From the NCBI GenBank assembly GCA_964250695.1, contig CAXUGY010000013.1, positions 5,291 to 69,290 of the forward strand: a stretch of 64,000 bases of DNA, written 5' to 3'. This stretch comes from an uncultured Chthoniobacterales bacterium. Lineage in GTDB: Bacteria > Verrucomicrobiota > Verrucomicrobiia > Chthoniobacterales > SZAS-18. A program made the translations under genes and the position numbers. Positions 29,640-38,099 of this stretch are shown piece by piece. The notes beneath the pieces are model-generated. The model did not search any database. It saw only the letters and a program-made list of their open reading frames with translations, and was not told the origin of the DNA. The first letter of the stretch is position 1. Each line of letters begins with the position of its first letter.

Positions 29640-30619
29640 CAAAAATCCTGGTTTTTCGCCGTGCCCGCGGCCACCTGCGACGACCGGACGATACAACCTT
29701 TCAGCGACGAACCAGAAGCGATTTCCGCGCCCGGCCACAGAATGGTATCGTCAATGACCGCCCCGGCCCCCACCCGCGCACCCGCGCCGACGACGCTCGC
29801 CCCGAGCACCCGGGCGTCCGGGGCCAGCGTGGCGCCGGGGGCGATCCAGTCCAGCCAGCCCGGGTCCGGCGCGCCGTAACGCGGAAACCCCGGCAGCGCA
29901 CCGCCGTGCAGGTCGCGGTGAGCCTGTAGATATTCGCGCCGCGAGCCGAGGTCCCGCCAGATGCCGTCGTCGATGAGAATGCCGCCCAGGCCCTCGCCGC
30001 GCCGGATCATCTCCTGGAAGATCGGGATGACCGAGACCGCCTGCCCCGCCGGAATCCGCTCCAGGAAAGCCGGTTCGACCAGGTACACGCAACTGAACGC
30101 AAACGCTTCCGGCAACCCCGTGCCCAGCCGGTTGCGAATGTCGAGCACCCGCCCGCTCGCCGCGTCCCAGGCGAGGTGTTTCGGCCCGTCCTGCGAGCGC
30201 AAGACCAGCGTGACCTCGTTGCCCGCCGCCCGGTGATGCTCGATGGCCGGACCGATGGGCAGGTCCGTCAGGATGTCCCCGTTGTAAACGAGAAACGTTT
30301 CCGGCTGCGGACCGAGCAGATCAGCGATGTTCTTGATCCCGCCGCCCGTGTCGAGCAGGACCGGTTCGTGGCGGAAATGCAGCGGGCACCCCCGGTACCG
30401 GGCGTCGGGAAACGCCCCGGAAAACGCTTCCGCCCGGTGGTGCGTGTTGACGATGAACTCTTCCACGCCCGCGTCGGCGATCAAATGGTCGAACGCGAAC
30501 GTGATGAGCGGTTTGTGCCCGACCGGGATGAGTGGCTTGGGCAACTGGTCGGTCAGCGGGCGCAGCCGGGTGCCAAGTCCTGCCGCCAGGACAAACGCTT
30601 TTCTGATCTTGGACGACAC
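29639..30619 (-). CDS. murU: Sugar-phosphate nucleotidyltransferase, MurU-like
   Basis: AFVLAAGLGTRLRPLTDQLPKPL, LDTGGGIKN, VYNGDILTD; adjacent to an AmgK-like kinase. Confidence 0.72.
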   Translation of the reverse strand: MSSKIRKAFVLAAGLGTRLRPLTDQLPKPLIPVGHKPLITFAFDHLIADAGVEEFIVNTHHRAEAFSGAFPDARYRGCPLHFRHEPVLLDTGGGIKNIADLLGPQPETFLVYNGDILTDLPIGPAIEHHRAAGNEVTLVLRSQDGPKHLAWDAASGRVLDIRNRLGTGLPEAFAFSCVYLVEPAFLERIPAGQAVSVIPIFQEMIRRGEGLGGILIDDGIWRDLGSRREYLQAHRDLHGGALPGFPRYGAPDPGWLDWIAPGATLAPDARVLGASVVGAGARVGAGAVIDDTILWPGAEIASGSSLKGCIVRSSQVAAGTAKNQDF

Positions 30620-30633
30620 GGCGGAAGCACCCG

Positions 30634-31086
30634 TCAGCGTAGGAACCGTTCCAGGTTTTCATCTTCCCACCGCCGGGCGCGGCGGTAATGGACGAATTCC
30701 TGCTCGCGGCGGGCGAATTCCTCGGTGTGAACTTTCCGGCGGCCCTGCGGCGTCCATTCGTCCCGCACCACCGAGTGCAGCATCTCGTGATAGACGACGT
30801 ATTCGAGGAACCACGTCGGCACGAACGGTGCGTCGAGCCGGGGGTGGATGCGGATGAGCCGGTCCTCCTCCTGGATCGTCCCAAAAACGAAATATTCCTT
30901 GGGCGGGAGCTTACGCAGACGGCCCCAGGTGATGGTGTACCGGCGCAGAGGCTTAGCCTGGAAATACTGCTCGTTGATCTTGTCGAAAATCGCCCGCAAA
31001 TCGAAATACTGCCCCTCGTGGCTGAAGGGCAGGCAACGCTGCATAACCGCCTTGGAGTGAGATATTTTCCGCTTCGCTTTAGCCAT
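30634..31086 (-). CDS. SprT-like/M48-like zinc metalloprotease domain protein
   Basis: YHEMLH (HExxH), IRIHPRLD, HTEEF. Confidence 0.75.
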   Translation of the reverse strand: MAKAKRKISHSKAVMQRCLPFSHEGQYFDLRAIFDKINEQYFQAKPLRRYTITWGRLRKLPPKEYFVFGTIQEEDRLIRIHPRLDAPFVPTWFLEYVVYHEMLHSVVRDEWTPQGRRKVHTEEFARREQEFVHYRRARRWEDENLERFLR

Positions 31087-31225
31087 GGTCGCTGGTGAAT
31101 TTCTCGGCGTGAAACTTGTGAAGCCGCTAGCTTATAAGCGGTCGGTCAGGCTGACAAGCGACATCGCCATTTCCACAAATTTGAGTTGAAAATCTCAAAT
31201 GTGCGGGGGTCTCATCCTCGTCACC

Positions 31226-31255
31226 AAGGTAGGGATGGCTCTCCGAGCCAGTCCC
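31226..31255 (+). repeat. GTAG-type REP element (copy 1)
   Basis: AAGGTAGGGATGGCTCTCCGAGCCAGTCCC; 29/30 identical to the reverse complement of 41055-41084; GTAG followed by an imperfect palindrome. Confidence 0.75.
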
Positions 31256-31265
31256 TGACTTTCTA

Positions 31266-31898
31266 TCAAGACAAATCCCGGTCCGTGAAATGAGGAGGCG
31301 GCAACTGGGCATGTCCGAGGATACGCTCGACGTACTTCGCCAACACGTCGAACTCCAGGTTGACCAGGTCACCCGCTTGCACCGTCTGCAAGTTGGTGTG
31401 TTCCCGGGTGGTCGGGATGATCCAGGCCACCAGACTGTCCGCCGTGACTTCCGCCACGGTCAGGCTGATGCCGTTGATGGCGATGGACCCCTTGAACACC
31501 ACGAGTTGCGCAAATTCCGCCGGCAGCGCGATTTCCAACCGGTAATCGTCGGCCTTTTTCGTCATGCCGACGACCTCGCTGGTGCAATCGACGTGCCCCT
31601 GGACGAAATGCCCGCCCAACCGGCCATCCGCCGCCAGCGCGCGCTCCACGTTCACCCCCATCCCGGGCCGCAGCCGGTGCAGGTTCGTGCGGTCGAGCGT
31701 TTCTTGCAGCAGGTCGAAGGTGATCAGTTCGCCCCGGTGGGCCGAGACCGTCAGGCAGCACCCGTTCAACGCCACGCTGTCGCCCCGGTGCAGCCCGCGC
31801 ATGATGCCCGGGGCCGAAATTTGGATTTGCAGACCGCTCTGGCTGCTGCGCCGCAGCCACGTGACGTGGCCGATTTCTTCGATGATGCCGGTGAACAT
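31266..31898 (-). CDS. ribE: Riboflavin synthase (alpha chain)
   Basis: MFTGIIEE, GDSVALNGCCLTV, GGHFVQGHVD, KGSIAINGISLTV. Confidence 0.95.
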   Translation of the reverse strand: MFTGIIEEIGHVTWLRRSSQSGLQIQISAPGIMRGLHRGDSVALNGCCLTVSAHRGELITFDLLQETLDRTNLHRLRPGMGVNVERALAADGRLGGHFVQGHVDCTSEVVGMTKKADDYRLEIALPAEFAQLVVFKGSIAINGISLTVAEVTADSLVAWIIPTTREHTNLQTVQAGDLVNLEFDVLAKYVERILGHAQLPPPHFTDRDLS

Positions 31899-32039
31899 GG
31901 GAACGGTAATATACGACGCGAAGCGGCGCGACTTCCACCAAAAGCGAAACCGGAGCGCAAAAGATCGCTTTCCCTTCCCGAAGCAGGCCAAATCCCACGG
32001 CGGAGTTGCCGAAAGTCCGCGATGTAGGATGTGTATCCT

Positions 32040-33029
32040 ATGGAAAAACTTGTGATTGTCGGCACCGGTTGCGCCGGGCTGACCGCCGCCATCTACGCGG
32101 CGCGTGGAGGCTTGCAACCGCTCGTGCTCGAAGGCCGCCAGCCCGGTGGCCAGCTTTCGACCACCACCCTGGTGGAAAATTTCCCGGGTTTCCCCGAAGG
32201 CGTGGACGGTCCCGACCTGATCATCCGCATGAAAACCCAGGCCGAGGGATTCGGCGCGCGCTTCAAGTGGGCGGAACTGACCAATTTCGAGCCGAGGGAC
32301 GGCCATCTCTCGCTCCATCTGGACGACGAAGAATGGCTCGACACCCGCACGCTGATCGTCGCCAGCGGAGCCGCAGCCCGTTGGCTCGGGTTGCCGAACG
32401 AGCAAAAACTCATCGGCCACGGGCTGACGAGTTGCGCCACCTGCGACGGCGCGTTCTACCGCAACGTGCCGATTTGCGTGGTCGGCGGGGGCGATTCCGC
32501 CGCCGAGGAAGCCCTTTTCTTGACCCGGTTCGCCTCGAAGGTGTACCTCATCCACCGTCGCGACACCCTGCGCGCCTCCCGGATCATGACCGCCCGGGTG
32601 CTCGCACACCCGAAGATCGAGCCGGTCTGGAATACAACCCTCACCGGGTATTTGACCGATTCGGAGGGCGAAATGCGCGCCGTCCGTCTGCAAAACCTCC
32701 ACACCGGCAACGAAAGCGAACTCGAAGTGCGTTGCGTGTTCGTCGCCATCGGCCACGAGCCGAACACCAAACCTTTCGTCGGCAAGCTGTCGATGGACGA
32801 AGACGGTTACCTCCTCAAAACGCGCGGCACGGCGACCGGCGTCCCGGGTGTTTTCGCCGCCGGCGACGTTTCCGACAAGGTTTACCGGCAGGCCATCTGG
32901 GCCTCGGGAGACGGTTGCGCCGCCGCCCTCGACGCGGAACGTTATCTGACCGAACACGTCCAGGAACCCGCCGAAGCCCCGCCGTCGGCCGCCCATCCCG
33001 CCGCGCCGAGCGAACTGGTGGCCGCTTGA
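32040..33029 (+). CDS. trxB: Thioredoxin-disulfide reductase
   Basis: IVGTGCAGLTAAIY, GGQL, CATCDG, VVGGGDSAAEEA, GVFAAGDV. Confidence 0.95.
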   Translation: MEKLVIVGTGCAGLTAAIYAARGGLQPLVLEGRQPGGQLSTTTLVENFPGFPEGVDGPDLIIRMKTQAEGFGARFKWAELTNFEPRDGHLSLHLDDEEWLDTRTLIVASGAAARWLGLPNEQKLIGHGLTSCATCDGAFYRNVPICVVGGGDSAAEEALFLTRFASKVYLIHRRDTLRASRIMTARVLAHPKIEPVWNTTLTGYLTDSEGEMRAVRLQNLHTGNESELEVRCVFVAIGHEPNTKPFVGKLSMDEDGYLLKTRGTATGVPGVFAAGDVSDKVYRQAIWASGDGCAAALDAERYLTEHVQEPAEAPPSAAHPAAPSELVAA

Positions 33030-34198
33030 AAATCTGCGACCTGACCCAGTTTTACTCTCCGGTCAGCGGCGGGGTGAAGCGTTACCTCGCCGAAAAAACC
33101 GATTATCTACGGAAACACACCGGCGACCGGCACATCCTGATTATTCCCGGCGCCGAGACGGAAAACCACGAAGATGGACCGACCCGCGTTTATACGATCC
33201 GCTCGCCGCTGGTGTCGCGCAAAGCCCGCTACCGCGTCCTGATCAACCTCCAGGCCGTCGAGCGCATCCTCGAAAAAGAGCAGCCGGACATCATCGAATC
33301 CGGCGACCCCTACCAGGTGGCGTGGAAGGCGCTGGCGTCCGGCGCGGCGCTGGGGATTCCGGTGGTCGGGTTTTACCATTCGCACTTTCCCGAGGCGTTT
33401 TTACGCAGCGCGGCCAAACATTTCGGCCAGACCGCCGAGCAGATGGTGATGGACATCGCCAAACGGTACGTCCGGGCGCTGTATTGCCAATTCGCGCGCA
33501 CGCTCGTGCCCAGCGCGCCGTTGGGGGCGGTGCTGACGGACTGGGGGGTGTCCAACGTGGTCGCCGTGGACTTGGGGGTTGACCCGGCGGTCTTTCATCC
33601 GGGCACAACCCCCGCCGACTCCGCCCGCGCCGAGTTGAAGCTGCCGCCGGGCGTAAAGCTCCTCCTCTACGTCGGACGCCTCTCCCCCGAGAAGAACACC
33701 CAGACCCTTTTCGCCGGTTTCCACCGCCTGCATCGCCGCCAGCCGGGACGCTACCATCTGATGATCATCGGCGACGGGCAGCAGCGGAAATTGGTGACGG
33801 CGTTGCAGAAGAAAACCGGCGTCGTCACCTGGTTGCCCTATTGCAGCGACCGCCTCCAGCTCGCCCGGTGGTACCGTGCGGCGGATCTGTTCGTGCATCC
33901 CGGCGTGCAGGAAACGTTCGGCCTCGTCACGCTGGAAAGCCAGGCGTGCGGCACGCCGGTGGTCGGGATTCGCGGCAGCTACATGGACCGCATCGTTTTC
34001 AGCGACCTCGGCCATTGGGCCGCCGGGAACGACCCCGGATCGCTGGCAAACGCCATTGAGACGATGAGCCGTCAGGACCTGCGCGCCATCGGCCAGCGCA
34101 GCAGTGCGCTGGTGGCGGAACGGTACAACTGGCGGCGCGTGTTCGACCGGCTTTTCGGTATTTACCGGGAGGTGGTAGCCGGTTTCGAGCGGAGTTGA
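33026..34198 (+). CDS. Glycosyltransferase family 4 (GT-B)
   Basis: TTG start overlapping the trxB stop; SGGVKRY, YVGRLSPEKN, ETFGLVTLESQACGTPVV. Confidence 0.9.
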   Translation: MKICDLTQFYSPVSGGVKRYLAEKTDYLRKHTGDRHILIIPGAETENHEDGPTRVYTIRSPLVSRKARYRVLINLQAVERILEKEQPDIIESGDPYQVAWKALASGAALGIPVVGFYHSHFPEAFLRSAAKHFGQTAEQMVMDIAKRYVRALYCQFARTLVPSAPLGAVLTDWGVSNVVAVDLGVDPAVFHPGTTPADSARAELKLPPGVKLLLYVGRLSPEKNTQTLFAGFHRLHRRQPGRYHLMIIGDGQQRKLVTALQKKTGVVTWLPYCSDRLQLARWYRAADLFVHPGVQETFGLVTLESQACGTPVVGIRGSYMDRIVFSDLGHWAAGNDPGSLANAIETMSRQDLRAIGQRSSALVAERYNWRRVFDRLFGIYREVVAGFERS

Positions 34199-34315
34199 TT
34201 GACTGCCTTCCTCCCGGAAAACCCATCGGCAGCCCGCGTGTTCCCCTCGCTGCCGAGGCGAGACGCTGCTATGGTTTGCGCCGGGTATGGCCCGTGCCGC
34301 CCGAGCCATTGCGCC

Positions 34316-35041
34316 ATGATCCAAGCCCCTGCCGACAGTGTCCCTCCGACGACTTGCGTCGTCCGAAAATACCGCCCCGATGACCGCGAACGCGTGCGCT
34401 GGCTGTGCTGCGAAACCGGCTTTCTCGGCCAACCCATCGACCCTGTGTTCGAGGACCGCGAACTTTTCGCCAACTTTCTGACGAACTACTACCTCGAAAA
34501 AGAGCCGGAATCCGCCTTCGTCCTCGAACTCGACGGCGAGGTGCGCGGCTATCTGCTGGGTTGCCGGTTCCCGTTGCGGAATCAGTTCCACAATTTCTTC
34601 CAGAACCTGCGCCTGTTTGCTGCCGTCGCGGCCCGCTACCGCCGTTACCATGCCGCCAGCCGCCGGTTCATCTCGTGGATCTTGCTCAACGGGTGGCGCG
34701 AGGTGCCGGCTTCCCCCCGCCGCACGGCGCATTTTCACGTCAACCTGATGCTGGATGCCCGGGGCCTCACCCGTTCGCGCGCCCTGATCGACGCGTTCTT
34801 GCAATACCTCCACGGCAAGGGCGAAAAACGTGTGTACGGGCAGATGGTCAGCGTCGCCGACCGCCGGGGTGAGAAGGTGTTCAAACGGTACGGTTTCCGC
34901 GTGCTGAACCGCATGGAAATCACCAAATACCGGCGTTTGCACCCGGAGCCGGTTTACCTCTGCACCGTGGTCAAGGATTTAGAGCAAAATTCCCAATTAT
35001 ACGAAAGAAATTCACCGGCGGTGAACAACGCGAAAATTTGA
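34316..35041 (+). CDS. GNAT-family N-acetyltransferase
   Basis: VRKYRPDDRERV, FVLELDGEVRGYLLG, AHFHVNL, FKRYGFRVL; start uncertain. Confidence 0.65.
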   Translation: MIQAPADSVPPTTCVVRKYRPDDRERVRWLCCETGFLGQPIDPVFEDRELFANFLTNYYLEKEPESAFVLELDGEVRGYLLGCRFPLRNQFHNFFQNLRLFAAVAARYRRYHAASRRFISWILLNGWREVPASPRRTAHFHVNLMLDARGLTRSRALIDAFLQYLHGKGEKRVYGQMVSVADRRGEKVFKRYGFRVLNRMEITKYRRLHPEPVYLCTVVKDLEQNSQLYERNSPAVNNAKI

Positions 35042-35098
35042 TCGGATAACCCTTTGCCCTCCAGTGGCTTGCAACCCGAGAAAAAACGCGATTTTTTG

Positions 35099-35127
35099 TT
35101 GCTTATTCACCACAGGTCCAGTACAGT
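35099..35127 (+). promoter_or_regulatory. Putative sigma-70 promoter TTGCTT-N17-TACAGT
   Basis: Hexamers and 17-nt spacer read directly; ATG 35135 lies 7 nt after the -10 box. Confidence 0.45.
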
Positions 35128-35134
35128 GTTTTTA

Positions 35135-36175
35135 ATGAAAAACACCACTGCGGTTACCCCCCTCCGTGATGACAAGCTAGTGACCATGACCGTCGATCCG
35201 GCGGCCTCGGCGATGACCGTGCAGCAGGTGCTCGGGCAGGTCGCGTTGATCCAGCAGATCATGGGCGCTGCCATGAAGGACGGTGAGCATTACGGCAAGA
35301 TCCCCGGCTGCGGCGATAAGCCCACCCTTTTGAAGCCGGGTGCCGAGAAACTGTGTCTGACGTTTCGTCTCGCGCCGACCTACGACGTGGACGAGCGCAC
35401 CGTGGACCGGGGCCATCGGGAGTACCGGGTGCAATGCACGCTTTCGTCGATTTTGACCAATGCTTTTATCGGCCAGGGGGTAGGCATCTGCTCGACCATG
35501 GAAGCGAGATATCGTTTCCGTCAGGGCAACGCCGAGCCGACCGACAAACCCGTGCCCCGTGCTTATTGGGACGTGCGTCAGGAAGACCCCGCCAAAGCGC
35601 AGGAGTTGATCGGCGGCAAGGGGTTCGCCGTCAAGAAGGTCGAAGGCAAAGGCTGGATGATCGCCAAGGGCGGCGAGAAGGTCGAGCACGACAATCCGGC
35701 GGATCATTACAACACGGTGCTCAAGATGGCCAAGAAGCGCGCCCTCGTGGACGCCGTGTTGACCGCGACTGCCGCCAGCGACATCTTCACGCAAGACTTG
35801 GAAGACATTACCGCCAACCTCGCGGCCAACGCCCCGGTGCCTGTGCCGGTGGTCGTGGAAACGGTCGCGCCCAGGCCGGTGGCCGCCGCGCCTGCCACGC
35901 ACCTTTCCGACCGTGAAGAAGTTTCGGCGGACGCCGGTGACGATTTCATTGAGCCGGTGGGCAACGATTTCCGCGAGACGCGCGTTCATTTCGGCAAGAA
36001 TCGCGGATTGATGCTCTCGGAACTCACGCCGCAGCAGGTTCACTGGTACGAGACCGACTGGATGCCCAAGAAAGAAGTCAACGGCCCGACCAGCGTGGAA
36101 GACATGGCGCTGATGAACGCCCTCAAGTCTTACCGTGCATGGCGCGGCGTCGGCACGAAGCCCGCGTCGGCGTAA
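35135..36175 (+). CDS. Phage-type single-strand annealing protein (Rad52/Sak-like) with small C-terminal FGK domain
   Basis: KPTLLKPGAEKL, GQGVGICSTME, NTVLKMAKKRALVDAVL...SDIFTQDLED; Pro/Ala linker; HFGKNRGLMLSEL; family recognised from memory. Confidence 0.55.
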   Translation: MKNTTAVTPLRDDKLVTMTVDPAASAMTVQQVLGQVALIQQIMGAAMKDGEHYGKIPGCGDKPTLLKPGAEKLCLTFRLAPTYDVDERTVDRGHREYRVQCTLSSILTNAFIGQGVGICSTMEARYRFRQGNAEPTDKPVPRAYWDVRQEDPAKAQELIGGKGFAVKKVEGKGWMIAKGGEKVEHDNPADHYNTVLKMAKKRALVDAVLTATAASDIFTQDLEDITANLAANAPVPVPVVVETVAPRPVAAAPATHLSDREEVSADAGDDFIEPVGNDFRETRVHFGKNRGLMLSELTPQQVHWYETDWMPKKEVNGPTSVEDMALMNALKSYRAWRGVGTKPASA

Positions 36176-36197
36176 CCGGTTTCCCCCCCGAGTAAAG

Positions 36198-36236
36198 CGC
36201 CTCTCCGGCAGCCAGACACCGGCTGCTGGGGAGGCG
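36198..36236 (+). terminator. Strong GC hairpin after the SSAP-like gene (possible terminator)
   Basis: CGCCTCTCC-GGCAGCC / GGCTGCT-GGGGAGGCG stem; no clean U-tract. Confidence 0.4.
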
Positions 36237-36275
36237 AATGCCCTTTTGGGCGCGGAGAGCGGTGCCCGGTAGCCG

Positions 36276-36446
36276 GAGCGTTTCAAGAAGCATTAGACCT
36301 CTTTCACCCTTCCTGAAACCTCACATACCGGGCTTCAGCCCGGTGCCGAGGGGTCCGGGTCCGCTTAGCCGTTTCAACGACTTGTTCCCCGGCGCGTCCA
36401 CGGTGACGCTTTGATCGAAGGTGCGCTAATGCTTTCGGCAAGCGTC
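36276..36446 (+). ncRNA. Candidate structured ncRNA, possibly 6S RNA (strand uncertain)
   Basis: ~170-nt rod: AAGCATTAG(36288-96)/CTAATGCTT(36426-34) closing stem, internal ACCGGGC-TTCA-GCCCGGT hairpin, GGTCCGCTTAGCC near the apex. Confidence 0.35.
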
Positions 36447-36863
36447 AAGATAAACGAGCGCGACGGAACCACTCAGGAGCAGGTCGCGGCCGATCACCAG
36501 CCATGATCGTAGTGTGGGTGCCAGGGAAGAGCGGGCGTCGCCGAAACAACCGCATTCCACCGGCAGACCCCGGGCCATCGCCGAGGCGAGGGCGAACAGA
36601 AAAACTCCGCAGGCAACCAGACCACAGAAAGCGGCGGTGCGCGTCTTCCATCCGCTGAGAAGCAAAACACCCAGACCGAGTTCAAAAGGCGGCAGTCCGA
36701 GAGCCAGCAGATTGACCAACCGCGCAGGGAGCAGTTGAAACGTGGCGATGCTGTCCGCGAACGCCTGCGGCGACTGGAACTTGATCCATCCGGCGTAACC
36801 GAAAACCAACGCCGCACCCACGCGCAGCCCGAAAACAGCCCCGCCACGCCACACCCGGTTCAA
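36426..36863 (-). CDS. MauE/DoxX family membrane protein
   Basis: YAGWIKF, PQAFADSI, LPPFELGLG, ARGLPVECGCFG; TTG start overlapping the rhodanese stop. Confidence 0.82.
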   Translation of the reverse strand: MNRVWRGGAVFGLRVGAALVFGYAGWIKFQSPQAFADSIATFQLLPARLVNLLALGLPPFELGLGVLLLSGWKTRTAAFCGLVACGVFLFALASAMARGLPVECGCFGDARSSLAPTLRSWLVIGRDLLLSGSVALVYLDACRKH

Positions 36864-37504
36864 AACGGAAATCCCTCCTCCCGGGGCAATCCCGCGCGCG
36901 TCCACTCTTCCCAGCCTGCCTTGTAAACGAAAAGCTGCCGGTACCCCAGACGGCTCAACGCGCCAGCCACGAGTTCGCTGTCCTGGCAGTCTGCTTCGGA
37001 ACAATAAACCACCACCGGCCTCTCTTTTGCCGGTTCCAACACGGCTCGGAGCCCGGTGTAGCCCCGGTCAAAATCCTCGCGTGGCAAGTTGACCGCACCC
37101 GGGACGTGACCCGCCCGGTAGAAGGCCGGAGCGCGGGCGTCGATGCAAAGGGCCTTGCGGGTCGCCACCCACCCCTGAAACTCGTCCAATTCGATAGACT
37201 GCCAATGACCGGAAACGGGCTCTGGTGGATGGACCGTCGGTGAGGCCGCCGCCATGCGCGTGACCGTCTCTCGTAACCTCTCTTGCGGTGACGCGTAAAC
37301 GAGCGGCAGCCGGTGCGGGCGCAAGACGTTGGCCAGCAGCCCGATACACAGCGATGCTGCCGCCAGCAACGCCAGGCCGGACACGTCCCGCCGGAAGGCG
37401 CTCGTCCTTCGCCGCCGTTCTTCCGCGTGGGCGGCGACTGGATCGGTCAAGGCAACAGGTCTGAAATCGCTCCGGTACGGGGTAGAACGGGAACGGCTCG
37501 ACAT
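36860..37504 (-). CDS. Membrane-anchored rhodanese-like domain protein
   Basis: N-terminal TM helix; IDARAP, GHVPGAVNL, VVYCSEADCQDS, GWEEW. Confidence 0.85.
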   Translation of the reverse strand: MSSRSRSTPYRSDFRPVALTDPVAAHAEERRRRTSAFRRDVSGLALLAAASLCIGLLANVLRPHRLPLVYASPQERLRETVTRMAAASPTVHPPEPVSGHWQSIELDEFQGWVATRKALCIDARAPAFYRAGHVPGAVNLPREDFDRGYTGLRAVLEPAKERPVVVYCSEADCQDSELVAGALSRLGYRQLFVYKAGWEEWTRAGLPREEGFPF

Positions 37505-37612
37505 CTCGCCGGAGAATCACTCCTTCCAGCGCGATGCCGAGCCATTCCTGACCGCCTTTCGTGACAAGCTTTCCGCGCTGTGCAGGGACCGCCACCCCGA
37601 CGGTCGAACCCT

Positions 37613-37903
37613 TTATTTAACGTGGCCGGACACCAGCTTGTTCATCTCGAACATGGTGACCTGGGCTTTGCCGTCGAACACCGCCTTGAGCTTGGCGTCC
37701 GCGTTGATGAGGGTCTTTTTCTTTTCATCCTGGAGTTTGTGCTCCTTGATGTAAGCCCACAGTTTGCTGGTCAACTCGGTGCGGGGCAACGGACTAGCGC
37801 CAACCACGGCGGCCAGTTTGTCGTCTGGGGTGACAGGCTTCAGAAAGGCGGCGTTGGCCTTTTTCGGCTCGGACTTGGTAGTAGGTTTTTTGGTAGTGGC
37901 CAT
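37613..37903 (-). CDS. Stand-alone SWIB/MDM2 domain protein
   Basis: Lys-rich tail then LAAVVG...PRTELTSKLWAYIKEHKLQD...INADAKLKAVF...TMFEMNKLVSGH. Confidence 0.92.
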   Translation of the reverse strand: MATTKKPTTKSEPKKANAAFLKPVTPDDKLAAVVGASPLPRTELTSKLWAYIKEHKLQDEKKKTLINADAKLKAVFDGKAQVTMFEMNKLVSGHVK

Positions 37904-38099
37904 AAGCAAGGGGGATTAAAAACTACCTACGCCCGGAAACAATCTTTATTTAGAGCGATGCAGCGAATTTTCGAAAATAGGTCAGCCGGGGGCCTTCTCC
38001 TCGTGAAAATCGGCTAAAAAAGCCGGAATTTCGACTTTCGGAGGGGGAGCAATCTTGTAGGTTCATGCCTTGGCATCACTACTGCTCCCTACGTTTGAG

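Noticed and set aside
31899-32039. FMN riboswitch upstream of ribE
   Set aside because: No FMN consensus (AGGGCGGGG...GAAATTCCC) and the divergent gap is short
32006-34198. 730-aa ORF suggesting a large fused or overlapping glycosyltransferase
   Set aside because: Its first ~340 residues are an Arg-rich off-frame read of trxB; the GT4 domain begins at the TTG at 33026 overlapping the trxB stop
36281-36346. SAM-I-like fragments (TCAAGA, TGAAACC, GGTGCC)
   Set aside because: GCAACC and the pseudoknot elements are missing and no sulfur-metabolism gene lies downstream on that strand
35054-36450. Prophage remnant around the SSAP-like gene
   Set aside because: No integrase, att-like repeat, structural or other phage gene; flanks are housekeeping
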